Shown: piece after piece, positions 38,382 through 51,980 of the stretch | How the letters are laid out: each line of letters begins with the position of its first letter | Numbering within the stretch: the first letter of the stretch is position 1 | The notes under the pieces: generated by a model | The model's input: only the letters and a program-made list of their open reading frames with translations | The model's database searches: none | Told to the model about the DNA's origin: nothing | Translations under genes and position numbers: made by a program | Assembly: GCF_006345805.1 (NCBI RefSeq) | Contig: NC_043004.1 | Location: 69,068,001 to 69,132,000 of the forward strand | Direction of reading: 5' to 3' | DNA from: Octopus sinensis | Taxonomy: Eukaryota | DNA length: 64,000 bases

Positions 38382-39594
38382 CTATACATATATATACTTA
38401 CAACACACACATATATACATACACACACAAACACATATATATATCAATTTTCCATCATTTTATACCTTCAGTGATATCTCTCTATAATAAAATCAATGTG
38501 CTTTTTGTTTATCTTACTTCGTAATGCATTATCCACACCCAACGATGTGACACCATCACCACCATCACCATCGCCCACACCATCACCACCACTTCCACCA
38601 CCACCACCACCAACAACAATATTGTCATCACCACCACCACCACCCATTGAAAGGAGTGTTCTCCACTATTGATGATTTTATGGTCTGTTCATAAACAACA
38701 ACTGATGTTGAGTTTTGAGTAGATGTTTTCTTTCTCTCTTTCTCTCTCACCTGGTATTCTTCTCACCTTATAATTCTTCTCTTATCAACTTTTCCTCTAT
38801 TTTCTTTCACTCTTGATTTCATTTGTAACATATTGTTTCCACCTGACACAGTGTTCTGAAGCCATCCTAACAGCGCAACATTAATTGAATAATCTTAATT
38901 TTGCAATAAACATCTATTTTGTTTCATAATTAAACCAACATAACTAGTAATACTGAGAATCAATAAATATTATTACAATATTATATCGATGTGTGTTTGT
39001 GTGCATGTGTGTTGCTTCACACATACGTACATATATATGTGTATATACCTCTGTGTGTGTATATATATATATATATGAATATACATACACATACACACAT
39101 ATAAATATATATCGGGAGAGAGAAAAAATGATAGAGATAGAGAGATAGTGACATAGATAAACACGTTTATGCTTGATATATATATAAATATACACATACA
39201 TGCATACAGACATTCATACAAACATATACAGATACATATACATATGCTAGACATATTCAGAAAATTTTAAAAAACATGTACAAGAAAGAAAGTTTAATTG
39301 AGTGTTCTACTACTACAATGTGAACTGCTATCTGTAAGTTTTCTCTCCTAAAGAAGGAAGCCGGTAATATGGTAAAGTGTTTATGCATTCATCTACTAGT
39401 TGCATATCCATGGTTTTTTGCATATTTCTTTAGCTAATTATGAACATTACAACAATTACCTAATTCTGAAGTCTCTGAAATAGCCGTCGAATTAAAAACC
39501 TATGCATTATCTCCTTAGTTTTCTGTATTTTTTATGCTCCATGTAAAAGTAAACTTATTTACTAATATATCTATATAGATACAAAAAGAGGTTT

Positions 39595-39995
39595 GCTTCC
39601 AAAGCACATGGTTTCAGGTTCAGTACCAACGCGTAACACCTTGGGCAAGTGCCTTCTACTATAGACTTGGTCCGGTCAAAGCCGTGTGAGTGGGTTGGCT
39701 AGACACAAACAGAAGAGCCTGTCGTGTATATAATATATATATATATATAATATGTGTGTGAGTGTATATGTGTGTGTGTGTTTGTGTGCGTGAGCGAGTG
39801 TGTGTGTCCCACCACCGCTTGATAATTGGTGTGGGTGCGTTTACATCACCGTAACTTAAGGGTTTGCAAAAGAGCCCAATAAAATAAGTAGCAGACTTAA
39901 AAAATCATTCCCTGGGTCAACTTGTGCGAATAAAACATTTCAACGCGGGGCCTCAGTCAAATATCTGAAAGAAATAAAAGAAAAGATAAAGATAT
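39595..39995 (+). mobile_element. Degenerate SINE family A
   Basis: catggtttcaggttcagtacc..ccttgggcaagtgccttctactatag...gtgagtgg...cgtaactta...aataagta. Confidence 0.75.
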
Positions 39996-40066
39996 GAAAA
40001 TGATAAAACACATATATTATCTTCTGAATATATTGAGTTTTGGTATCTATCTATCTATCTATCTAG

Positions 40067-40152
<86 letters not shown>

Positions 40153-40166
40153 CGCATATATATATG

Positions 40167-40218
<52 letters not shown>

Positions 40219-40278
40219 TCTATCCCTACTACAAACACACACAACACACGCCGCGCGCGCGCACGCAACAACCGACAA

Positions 40279-40323
<45 letters not shown>

Positions 40324-40349
40324 CATATATATATGCTCTTTGCTTAGTT

Positions 40350-40560
40350 TTTCATTGGGGCTGGCCAGATTGAAGCAATCTCAAGTATAATCAGCCGAAA
40401 TTGCGAAGATAATCTGGTAATTGACTGAGGAAAGAAAACTTCGAATCACTCGTCCTTGTTTTCTTTGTACCGTCTATCTGGATGTTTTGTTGTCCCATTT
40501 TTGTATCACCTAACTCTCCGGATGTTTTGCGTTTGCGTTCTTGTCCCATTTTGTATTCTT
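40350..40560 (+). mobile_element. Diverged copy of a PLE-like terminal-repeat family, inverted relative to 40790-42035
   Basis: gcaatctcaag..aatcagccgaaattgc.aagat.atctgg...ttgactgagga...ttcgaat matches the reverse complement of 40865-40940. Confidence 0.55.
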
Positions 40561-40727
40561 TCTATCTATATATATATATATACTGATATAGGATGAATTA
40601 TATATATAATCACTTGTATCTCTATATCAGCTCACCTGGATTTCTCTTATAGTCAGTCTTTACTCCATGGACCTATCCTTGGCAATGATTATATTGATCA
40701 CTTCTAAATCTCTCATCGTTGACTGCA

Positions 40728-40789
<62 letters not shown>

Positions 40790-40791
<2 letters not shown>

Positions 40792-41297
40792 TAAACAGTA
40801 AAAATAATTACAGACATGGACAAGAACATGAAACACCACAGAGCGACACAAGAACCACAGGACGGACATTCGAAGCCCTCAGTCATCAGTCAAGAACCAG
40901 ATCATCTTAGCAATTTCGGCTGATTAATCTTGAGATTGCTCCGATATGGGCAGCCCGCCATGGAAATCTAAGCCAAGCGCATTAGATCCCATGGAAGAAA
41001 GCTTCGAATGTACAACACAGAGGACGGCAAACGAACGAATTACACGAACAAAAATACAGAATACGTGACCCCAATAAGAATACAAAAACGTAAAAACAAT
41101 AACGGTAAAATAAAAACAGAACAAAACCAGGACGTAGGACAAGGTCTTTCAACAGGACGAGTTGAGTTTGGGGCTGGCTTATGAAGTTGTGCCTAATGGC
41201 CGCAGGGAGACGAAACAATACGTGTTGCTTCGGCGACTGCTGAACGAAAAGAGCGCTCAACGTGGCTAGCGGTCACGTGAGAACAAAAGACAGGAGA
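40790..41297 (-). mobile_element. ~500-bp repeat, copy 1 (putative Penelope pseudo-LTR)
   Basis: Direct repeat with 41539-42035; starts at a (TA)n tract; preceded on the - strand by a pyrimidine-rich spacer; carries CTGATGA (40883-89) and GCCGAAA. PLE identity is inferred. Confidence 0.55.
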
Positions 41298-41538
41298 AAG
41301 GGACAGATGAAAGAGAGAAGGTGACGAGGAGAGAAGAAAGAGACAGATCGAGGGGCTGGAGTGAGAGAGATAGAGAACGTAGAAGTGGGGGGGAAACGGA
41401 TGGAGAGGGAAGAAAGGAAGGGGAATAAGGGAGAGAGAGAGAGAGAGAGAAAGAGACAGATTAAGAGTCGTATCAATGCTAGAGAAAATATACTTATCGT
41501 ATAAGGACAATTGTGGATACGTATCCGCCGATTATATA

Positions 41539-42035
41539 GGTAAACAGTAAAATAATTACAGACATGACAAAAACATGAAACACCACTAGACGACACAAAA
41601 CCCAAGACGTGACATTCGAAGCCCTCAGTCATCAGTCAAGAACAGATCATCTTAGCAATTTCGCTGATTAATCTTGAGATTGCTCCGATATGGCAGCCCG
41701 CCATGGGAAATCTAAGCCAAGCGCATTAGATCCCATGGAAGAAAGCTCGAATGTCTACAACCGCGGACGGAAAACGAAGTACACGAACAAAATACAGAAT
41801 ACGTGACACCAATAAGAATACAAAAACGTAAAAACAATAACGGTAAAAATAAAAAACAACAAAACCAGACGTAGGACAAGGGTCTTTCGACAGGACGAGT
41901 TAGTTTGGGCTGGCTTATGAATTTGTGCCTAATGGCCGCAGGGAGACGAACAAATACGTGTTGCTTCGGCGACTGCTGGAACGAAAAGAGCGCTCAACAG
42001 TGGCTAGCGGTCACGTGAGAACAAAGACAGGAGAA
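41539..42035 (-). mobile_element. ~500-bp repeat, copy 2 (putative Penelope pseudo-LTR)
   Basis: Colinear with 40790-41297 at about 750-bp offset; differs mainly by single-base indels. Confidence 0.55.
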
Positions 42036-42082
42036 ATATATATATATACATATATATATATACATACATACATGTATAATAG

Positions 42083-42135
<53 letters not shown>

Positions 42136-42175
42136 ACAGATATATACTATATATACACACACACACACACACACC

Positions 42176-42210
<35 letters not shown>

Positions 42211-42244
42211 TTATGGAATATATATGGATATACATATATATGCA

Positions 42245-42380
42245 TAGTGTGGTAGAATAAGTATTAGGCTTCCAAAGAATAAGTCCTGGGGTCGATTTCT
42301 TCGACTAAACCCTTTAAGACGATGCTCCAGCATGGCTACAGTCATATGACTGAAATAAATAAAAGAATAAAAGAATAAAT
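42245..42380 (+). mobile_element. SINE family A, 3' half
   Basis: agaataagtattaggct..aaagaataagtcctggggtcgatttcttcgactaaa...tgctccagcatggc..gactgaaa + AAAAGAAT. Confidence 0.8.
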
Positions 42381-42909
42381 ATACTAAGAAAGCCGGAGCC
42401 ATTAAATTTGAGATAAATGAATAAATTAACCGAAGGAAAATATTTGCTAAAACCATAACTGTTGATGCAGCAGTATTAGGTCATGTTACAACTACAAACA
42501 TTAACTGAGATTATCGTCAATTAAACTGTGTTGCTACAGTCAGTGTCTTCGTGTGGGATTGCAAAAAGGTCAAACGGAGTGAGAAACACGATCCATTGTG
42601 ACAGAAGGTGGCAGAAAGATACGCACAAGAGATCTTGAAAAGATACGAAGCTGGAACAGTGATAATTTACAAAATGAACCTAAGTATAGAATATACGAGA
42701 AAGGGTTTACTTTTGTGTAGTGCTGTGGTGGTGTATTTAGCCGCGGGGTTGGTGTTGGGGGTGTTTTCAGACGCGGGGGTGGAGTTGGGCTAAGTAGACC
42801 CTAGTGGCCTTAATTAACAAGCATGATGTGCTAGGGAAAATTTTGCGCTCTTTCACACCTGCCCACTGGGCGATTGTCAACTTTCACCGCAACAGCCTCC
42901 ACCGTTCCT

Positions 42910-43320
42910 CTGCTGCCGCCGCTACCGCTGCTACCGCCGCCGCTGCGGCCGCTGCCGCCGCTGCTACCGCTGCTACCGCTGCTACCGCTGCTACCGCTGC
43001 TACCGCTGCTACCGCTGCTACCGCTGCTACCGCTGCTGCTACCGCTGCCGCCGCCGCTGCTACCGCTGCCGCCGCTGCTACCGCTGCCGCCGCTGCTACC
43101 GCTGCTACCGCTGCTACGCTGCTACCGCTGCTACCGCTGCTACCGCTGCTACCGCTGCTACCGCTGCTACCGCCGCTGCTACCGCTGCCGCCGCCGCTGC
43201 TACCGCTGCCGCCGCCGCTGCTACCGCTGCCGCCGCCGCTGCTACCGCTGCCGCCGCCGCTGCTACCGCTGCCGCCGCGGCCGCCTCCGCCGCCGCTACC
43301 GCCGCTACAGCCACCGCCGC
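42910..43320. repeat. GC-rich codon-phased minisatellite (ACCGCTGCT)n with 21-bp variants
   Basis: 9-bp and 21-bp units made of GCT/GCC/ACC triplets; a single missing C near 43117. Confidence 0.95.
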
Positions 43321-43501
43321 CGATGATCTGGCTATGGCCACTGCTGTAGGGAGCTTGCTTTCCTTGTCAGTCATCAAGATATTGCTTACCGTGGCTATTG
43401 AGTTGCTTTTGCTCTTATTTCTAGGAATACTGGTGCTGTCTTTGTCACTTTAAGAACGTCTATATTTCTGGTTTTAGGTTGTAAAATTGCGAATAAGCCG
43501 C

Positions 43502-43577
<76 letters not shown>

Positions 43578-43578
43578 A

Positions 43579-43673
<95 letters not shown>

Positions 43674-44125
43674 AAGGAGACGAACGATCGGGATGTTGTT
43701 AATGCATTTATATCATGGAGTCTTCTACATACGTTTCGACGAGTGCACTCCAGGATAAATAATGGTAAGACTTCAACAAGTAGAAAAGCATTCGATCATC
43801 TAAGAGTGTGAAGATAATGTTATAATAAAAATCACAAATCTTGTTATATATAGCTACGGTCTTGTTCTCAGCATGTAAAATAGCAAAACAAATTATCAAT
43901 TCGACACAGAAACCCTGGGAAGCTGTATTTAATAAGATTCTTAGTTTTTATTATAACACATATATGTATGTGTGTATGCATGTATGTATGTATGTATGTA
44001 TGTATGTATGTATGTATGTATGTATGTATGTATGTATGTATGTATGTACGTATGTATGTATGTATGTATGTATAACGGATTTTCTTGTGAACGACAAATG
44101 AAATTTCAGTAAAATAAAGTATTGA

Positions 44126-44450
44126 TCATGTTCTATGGACACAAATGTGTCTCTTGAGGTCTGCTGATGCCTTGCAAACCTTTTGGCAAATGGAACAGGT
44201 TGAGGACTCTGTGTGCTTGAGGGCTTGTGGATTATTTACTACGTGTTTTCTTGAATGAACAGCAAGGCCAGCTTTGCTTCATGCCACAAAACCACAATGA
44301 CAGATAACATTACCATATAGAGGAGCAGTGTTTTGCCAGCGTGCCTTAATGCTTACACGAAGTTTGTCCCTGTGTTTGAGTCGATTTTGCTCAAATTGCT
44401 GAATTGAGGAAAAGCAGGACTGGCGCGAGGTCCTGCGTTCTGGTGCTTTG
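44126..44450 (-). mobile_element. RTE-type LINE ORF2 C-terminus with C2H2 zinc fingers (decayed)
   Basis: RTSRQSCFSSIQQFEQNRL...ICHCGFVA*SKAGLAVHSRKH...TCSICQKVCKASADLKRHICVH; one in-frame stop. Confidence 0.7.
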
Positions 44451-44819
44451 TTTTCTCAGAAAAAAGAGGGAATGTTGCATCGTTTCACACACACACACAC
44501 ATTATATAAATATTTATGTAAAGTGTACTAAATACGGCCACCTCAAAGAAAGAGCGAGCTCAATACACTTATTGAGTAGCAACTATTATCAAAGATATTA
44601 AAACTTTCTATGCCTACAAGATCCTTGCACGAGAAGAAAAAACCCGACAGTTCACTGTGAGGTACTGAAATTTCTGTAATCCACAATCAAGAGTCCGAGA
44701 ATAGGGGGTGCAGCACTTGTATCTCCTGGTACAAAATGAAAATTTGCACACACTACACACCTTTGCCAGGTTCTGAAAATAGTGTCTAAAAATTGATCTG
44801 TAAAAGTTTCTTCAAGTTA

Positions 44820-45059
44820 GATTTCTTATTTCTTGATTGCCCACAAGGGCCTAAACATAGAGGGGACAAACAAGGACAGACAAAGGGATTAAGTCGATTA
44901 GATCGACCCCAGTGCGTAACTGGTACTAATTTATCGACCCCGAAAGGATTAAAGGCAAAGTCGACCTCGGCGGAATTTGAACTCAGAACGTAACGGCAGA
45001 CGAAATACGGCAACGCATTTCGCCCGGCGTGCTAACGATTCTGCCAGCTCACCGCCTTC
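44820..45059 (-). mobile_element. SINE family B, full length
   Basis: Near-identical to 24200-24435. Confidence 0.9.
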
Positions 45060-45639
45060 CTTCAAGTTAGATTTCTTCTGAAAACCAAAACCCCAAAAAA
45101 AAAAAAAATTTTTTAAATGAGATGAAGCTGGTCGTAAAATTCCGAAGGGAATTTATAACCTGCTACTAAAAACTAAAGCAGAGTCAAAATCAAAAGTATG
45201 TGACAACAATAACAGCAACATGACCTCTCTGTATCTTTCAAATACATCTCTCAGTACCTTTACGTTCTGTCAGTTGTTTGTAACTGGTATCGCTAAAGAT
45301 GACCACATGGTTGAATAGATTTGACCGTTTGATCTCATTCTATAAATAAAAGCTCTTTGAAGCTACTTACCACACAGCCACTCCTACGCCTACTCCATTG
45401 CTAGGCTTTTTTTTTTGGATTACCTGTCCCATGTAAGTTGGAATTTCTCCCTTTTGACCAGAACCTTTCGTTGCTTCGATGATTCAAACTGGCTTTCAAT
45501 TCATACACACACACACACATACACCCTCACGTGCGCATAATTCTTTTACAAAAATCTTTTGTACTTTCGAAATATCAATCCAAATGACTGAAATATGCGT
45601 TATAGAAGAACTTTTGAAAAATAGTTTTCCAAATAGACT

Positions 45640-46615
45640 TTGAAAGGAAACAATTAATCATAAATGATGGCAGACAAACGCCGGAATTACCGAATTTGCG
45701 AAGTTCCAAGAAATCCATTCGACAATTTCAAACTAATCAATATGAAAAGAAAAAATGGTTAACTGGAAGTGCTAAACTATATAAGTTATTCTGCTGGCCA
45801 TACTTGTTATTTAGTTTAGAAAAAAAAATGTTTGGAGTGATAACGATTATGGTGATTTAGATAATCTACATATGGCCATGCTAAAACATGGACATTCTGA
45901 AAGACATAAAATCTTTGATAGATCTTAAAACGTTTGGGAATATTTGCATTGACTTACAATTACATGCATATAAAAAAAAACAACTTTACAATGTTAGGGG
46001 AAAAATAGAGAATCGATGCAGTCATCGAAATTAAGGGATCCACGAACAAATCTATTGATCCTCAACCACATTATAGAATGCTCTATAACAAAATTATTGA
46101 CACAGTAGTTGACCAATTAAAAACGCGGTACTCATCCTTAGAAGAACTTAAATTCCTAGTACTTTTCAATTACATCAAGTGAGGAATGTCGCAAACAATT
46201 TCCAGTGGATACTTTAAATTCTTAAAAAAACACTCATGGTAGTTTTGTTTTTGACATAGTACGATTACAGAGTGAACTAGATGTTTCGTATTCTATGCAA
46301 CATTCTAAAAAGCTAGGTGCGAATAGTTTAATGCATTACATCAATGATCTGATTGAAGCTTTGCCAGAAATCTTAAATATTTGCAATCTTATTTTGGCAA
46401 TTCCGTCAACTGTCTCTGTAGAGTGGGTCTTTTCTACATTGAAAAGAATTAAATTTCACCGAAGAAATACAATAGGAGAGGAAAGGCTTTCAGGGTTGGT
46501 TCTTATGTCAATTGGAAAATATTTACTTCAACAATTGATTAAAACAGATTTCTGTGACAATGTAATAAATATATTTACCCTGAAAGATCGAAGAACTGAA
46601 TTAATTAATAAATGA
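45640..46615 (+). mobile_element. Internally deleted hAT transposon (ZMYM1-like, TTF zinc finger + dimerisation domain)
   Basis: IRQFQTNQYEKKKWLTGSAKLYKLFCWPYLLF..VWSDN..DLDNL..KHGHSERH (TTF-type ZnF) and ILAIPSTVSVEWVFSTLKRIK..RNTIGEERLSGLVLMSI (hAT C-terminal dimerisation). Confidence 0.85.
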
Positions 46616-46731
46616 GGTATTTAAATACATTTTGCACATCTTAAAAAAAAATGTTAAAAGCATTAAAAGAGACGCCATCATGGGAATGTTGCGAAACTTA
46701 AACAATTTAAAAGATGAATCAGCTCAACCAA

Positions 46732-48126
46732 TAAGGGTAGGTTGAAAAGTTCAAAGGCCGTCTATGAAGGAGTGATGCTAGAAACCTTGCATGCATTAAT
46801 TTCAGCTCTACATATTAATAACTGCATTGTTTTCTTTCAGGTAAACTGAAATAAGGCGGCGAGCTGGCAGAGTGGTTAGCACGCCAGGCGAAATGCATAG
46901 CCGTATTTCGTCTACCGTTACGGTCTGAGTTCAAATTCCGCCGAGGTCGACTTTGCCTTTCATCTTTTCGGGGTCGATAAATTAAGTACCAGTTAATCCG
47001 TTTGTCTGTCCTTGTTTGTCCTCTCTGTGTTTAGCCCCTTGTGGGTAGTAAAGAAATAGGTATTACCCCGTACCTTTAGAAAAGGCTTTAGTCCCCAAGG
47101 ATGTTCATGTTGACATGGTTGCTGCGTTATAGGATGACGCTCCAACTTCATCAACAGTACAAAAGCGGGCAGTTGAATTTAGGAGGGGAAGGGACAGTAT
47201 TGAAGATAATCCACTGTCTGGACGTCCCATAACTGCTACCACTGAGGAAAACATTGATCGTGTTCATCACATGTTGATAGATAACAAGCGATTAACTATA
47301 AATCAAATAACCGATGTTGTTAGCATATCCTGTGATAGGGTTGAGAATATTCTGCACAACGAACTTGGCACAACGAAAGGTTCATGCTCGATGAGTGTCA
47401 CGTCTTCTCTCATCTGATCAAAAGCGCAGCAGGTTGATCATATTACGGGAATATCTGACATTGTTTGAGGCAGATGCAGCTAGTTTCCTTGAACGTTTCC
47501 TAACCTAAGATATGTGTTGGCTTCATCACTTTGAAGAGAAACAAAGAGGCAATCCATGCAGGGGAAATACTCCTTTTCATTCACTCCAAAGAAGGTAGGG
47601 TCGTTTCATCCGCAGGGAAGGTGATGGACTTAGTTTTTTGGAATGAAAAAGAGCATTGTGTTTATTGACTATCTTCAAAATGATCACACCATCAATGGAG
47701 AGTTCTAACCAACTTGCCAATGCAGTACGAAAGGCTATCAAGACCAACGCCCTGAAAAAATGATGAAGGGGGTCCTGTTTCATTAGGACAATGCTTCGGT
47801 ACACAAATCCTTGGTTTCAGTGGCTGCTGTGCGTGACTGGCTTTGAACTGGCTGATCACCCTCCCTATCTTAGCGATTTGGCTCCATCTGACTATCGTCT
47901 GTTTCCCAACACGAGAAAACACTTGGCTGGTCACCAGTATCACGGTGACGATGGTATCTTTTCTGCAGTTGATGACAGAATAGCTTCATTAATGAGAACT
48001 AAGCATTGCAACGCTGATGGAAGTGTGTGGACATTAACAGGAACTATGTTAAAAAATCAACTTCATTTGGTCACATTCCATGGGAGTGTCCTGCTCAACC
48101 TATGGACTTTTCAGCCGACCCTCATA
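46732..48126 (+). mobile_element. Decayed mariner (irritans/Hsmar2-like) with both TIRs, interrupted by a SINE
   Basis: Left taagggtaggttgaaaagttca, right tggacttttcagccgaccctcata; DHPPYLSDLAPSDYRLFPN motif; many stops. Confidence 0.85.
46853..47062 (+). mobile_element. SINE family B nested in a mariner
   Basis: aaggcggcgagctggcagagtggttagcacgccaggcgaaatgc...aaagaaatagg. Confidence 0.88.
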
Positions 48127-48156
48127 ATGATAAAAATTATTATTATACCTGCATTT

Positions 48157-48360
48157 AAGGCAGCGAGCTGGCGGAATCGTTAACACACCGGGCATTTTGT
48201 TCGTCTTTACGATCTGAGTACAAATGCCGCCGAGGCCGAATTTGTCATTCATTCTTTAGGGGGTCAATAAATTAAGTACCAGTCATATACTGGATTCAAT
48301 GTGATCGACTATCCTCCACCTCCCACAAATATCTGGCATTGTGCCTATAGTAGAAAGGAG
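48157..48360 (+). mobile_element. Degenerate SINE family B
   Basis: aaggcagcgagctggcggaatcgttaacac...gccgaggccgaatttg...ggggtcaataaattaagtaccag. Confidence 0.75.
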
Positions 48361-48729
48361 AAAGGATTATATCTACATCTATTTTAATATTAGCAATGAA
48401 AAAATCCACTTTTTTTCGTAAAAATATTTTGACTTGAGTTTGCACCCACAAAGCAGATTTCGTACCCGGGCAACTGTCCACAATCTGTATGCCCCGTGTC
48501 TGTGTCTGTGTTTACCGGTGTAAAGTTAACCATCCCAAAAAGTTATCAATGAAATAAGTAACAGAAAGAAATTAGCGCTGTGATCGATATAATTGACTGA
48601 AATACTCGATATTGGTACTCCCAGTATGGCTGCAGTTCAATGGCTGAAAGCAGGTAAAAAGGACAAAAACATTTAAAAAGCATCACCCGATGGATAAAGT
48701 TGCCAAGACGCCCAAGCCATGTATATAGA

Positions 48730-48990
48730 CACATTCATTGTATTCTTCTTGCAAGGTGTGTGCAACCGGAAGTGACATGGTCGATCACTATTTTATATTC
48801 ATTACATAGTCTGTAATTGATGTTGGTCTTTTGTTTGATCCGTTTAATAATCCTAGGTTGATAGACATATTCTCATGTAGCTAAAATGAAAGCTTCCATG
48901 TCAGTCTGTAGACCATGTAAGAGAATTTAAAATCATTATTGTTCTTTTATATTGGCTCACATTTAGCTCAGTCCAGTAGGATATTGAAAA
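48730..48990 (-). mobile_element. R4/Dong-type (RLE) non-LTR retrotransposon fragment, CCHC region
   Basis: GLQTDMEAFILAT*E....YRLCNEYKIVIDHVTSGCTHLA matches GL..ETE.FI.A.QDQ...CRLC....TIDHI.SGC..LA. Confidence 0.65.
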
Positions 48991-49089
48991 TAGTGACGCT
49001 TTTCTCCATGTCTTATTTTTATCATATATTTTCGCTTCAACGTCGTTGCCATTTAAATTTTTATTTTTGGTGTAACTAGCTTCGGTTTT

Positions 49090-49143
<54 letters not shown>

Positions 49144-49182
49144 TATATATTATATATGTACATATGTATATATTTATGTATG

Positions 49183-49232
<50 letters not shown>

Positions 49233-49244
49233 ATATATATAATA

Positions 49245-50198
49245 TATCTGGGGAGGGAGGAAGTAGGCAAGTGAAGGAAGAATGTGAAAGTTGGGGTAGA
49301 AGGGAGCGTGAGATAGAAAGGATGAGTGGGGTGAAGTGGTAGGGTACAGGTGAGAGTGAGTAGGAGAAGAGTTTAGAGAAATTGGGAAGAAGAATTGTAG
49401 CCAAAAGCCAAAAGAGTTTGAAGACGAAAATGAGCTGCTGTTCCCTCTGGATGTAACTGGTGGGAGAGCCAGGGAAGGTGACCAAGCGCCAAACCGAGGA
49501 GTGTTGGGTTGAGTGGTTGGCGGAGCGGAAATGACGAGAGACAGGCGATCCGTTGCCCAGTCGGACGCATCCCAGGTGCTCCACGAATCTCAGCCAGTCG
49601 ATGATCACTTTGCTCGATGCAAAAGAGATCACTGGAAGAACAATGGCGTGCATAGATGAGGTCGGTGGAGATACAGCGGAATGTGCCTGTGACGTGGAAG
49701 GTGTGATGGTTGGGTCCAGTAAGGGAGGTGGTGGTATTAAAAAGGAAAATGCTGGTATGACAGCGAGAGCGAAAACAAAGGAGAGATCTGTGATGGAGGT
49801 GGACGGAGAGAGAAAGTGCTGTGGACGAACGAGGAATCTGTGGAGGTCACGGCTGCGCCTGAAGCAGAGAATGAGTGGGAGGTAGGATAAAGGGAAGGTG
49901 ACAGGGTCAGATTGAAGAGGCGGAGTGAAAGGATGATAACTGAGAGGAAAAGGGGGATGTGGTGGATGGGAGCTGGACGCGAGGTGTAAGGGCTGAGGTG
50001 CTATCAACCACAAGGGCTCAGGAAAGGGCAGAGTGGTTAACCATGATGGGCGTAGTTGTGACCATTAGTTGGAACTGCGTTTCGAAATCATGGTTACTTT
50101 TGCAGAGGTTCCCGAGACGAACAAAGGGAGAATAAGAGATGGAGGGCATGGTGTGGGTTGGGATGGGAGTAAATATTTTTTATAGAAGACGGAGATGA

Positions 50199-50249
<51 letters not shown>

Positions 50250-50250
50250 T
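49245..50250 (-). mobile_element. Penelope-like element 3' region: RT linker + GIY-YIG endonuclease (frameshifted)
   Basis: PLSYHP...PLILCFRRSRDLHRFLVRP; GPNHHTFHVTGTFRCISTDLIYARHC...RFVEHLGCVRLGNGSPVSRHF; REQQLIF/RLQTLLAFGYN; pyrimidine-rich 3' region ending at (TA)n. Confidence 0.85.
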
Positions 50251-50964
50251 GAGGGAATAAAAGGTAGGGTTTTACCTTTCTATTCTCCTAGGTTCGATAA
50301 GATACGTCACCAAAGACTGGGGTAGATTTAATAATTTGTTCTTCCTTCCATAAATCCTATGGTTGAACTGGCAGAATCGTTAGAGCGTCAGTCGAAATGC
50401 TTAGTTATAGTTTGGCTAATTGAACTCCAAATCCCGTCAAAATCAACTTTACCTTCATTCGGGAACAAAGACTAAACAATGAATCAAATACCGAAGTCGA
50501 TAGCATCAAGTAAATCCGTTTCCCTCAAAATCGCTGGCCTTGAACATAAATCTGCAGCAATTATTACAACTACTATTATTATAATTATTGATTTTTTTCC
50601 CTTCTTTCTTTTGTAGAAGCTGGAAAATTAAATTGCTTATATTACATTCTTTTTCAATATTTGTCGAGTGATTTCGTTTGTTTGATCTTTGATTAATATT
50701 GTACAGATTGCATAATGGTGAAAAAATCTATAGGGAATAAACAGCGGTAAATTTAGCAAATCGTGTAATACATACTCGTCTGACAACCAGCCATTAACTT
50801 GAAAACTGTGGAGGGCTCCGACATTGAAAAATACTTTGGCACGCAACTCTATGTCAATGATGTTGCTTCTCAGCTATAAAAATTACGCGTACACACATAG
50901 ATACATATGTGCATATACACGTAAATATGTATACATTCATTAATATACACACAAACGTTCACAC

Positions 50965-51030
<66 letters not shown>

Positions 51031-51241
51031 TCACATTCATGTGCATCAGTGTCTAAGTCTATATGTTTTCTAAGTAAAAGTTGTTGATAGTCACAATATT
51101 TGAGAAAAGAATTTTTAATTAAAAAAATTATACAGAAAAAAAAATTTATGATTATTTAAAGATTTTTTAATATAAATTTAAATTAATATTTTCTTTTCAC
51201 ACACACGCACGCACATACACACACACACACACACATACACA

Positions 51242-51283
<42 letters not shown>

Positions 51284-51417
51284 TCTTTGATATGGTGTAT
51301 CAGATTTTTCTGTCCGTTAAATTTCTCACTAGAGACTAATGTTGCAATCTCGATTCATTTTTAATTACTTCTGTAATTACCTAAATATATATACACACAA
51401 TATATTATATATATATA

Positions 51418-51507
<90 letters not shown>

Positions 51508-51511
51508 TATA

Positions 51512-51564
<53 letters not shown>

Positions 51565-51980
51565 TTTTGTGAGTATACTGCTATGGAGATAAGTTGAGAT
51601 ATAATCTGTCGAAGTCGTGTGGGTCTCATAAAACCGTGCGCACGCGCACTCTCACACATACACTCGCGCGCGGACCCACATACAAACATGACATTTCAGT
51701 TACCTCGTGAAGAAGTCATTCTAGCTATTTGATAATACACAAAGCCGTTAAAGTTAGCCTTGTATACACTATGTCTATTTATATATCTCTATCTCTATAT
51801 ATACATATGAATACACGCACACACATACACACACACACACCTAATTAAAGGAATAAATGTTGCTGAAAACTTACTGTGAAATCTCGTAAAGAGAATGCTA
51901 AAAAAAGTCAATACGTTGTGACTAATCTTTTGGGGGAGACAGCAAGAAACAAGCAGCGCGACCTCTCTTTATATATGAAA

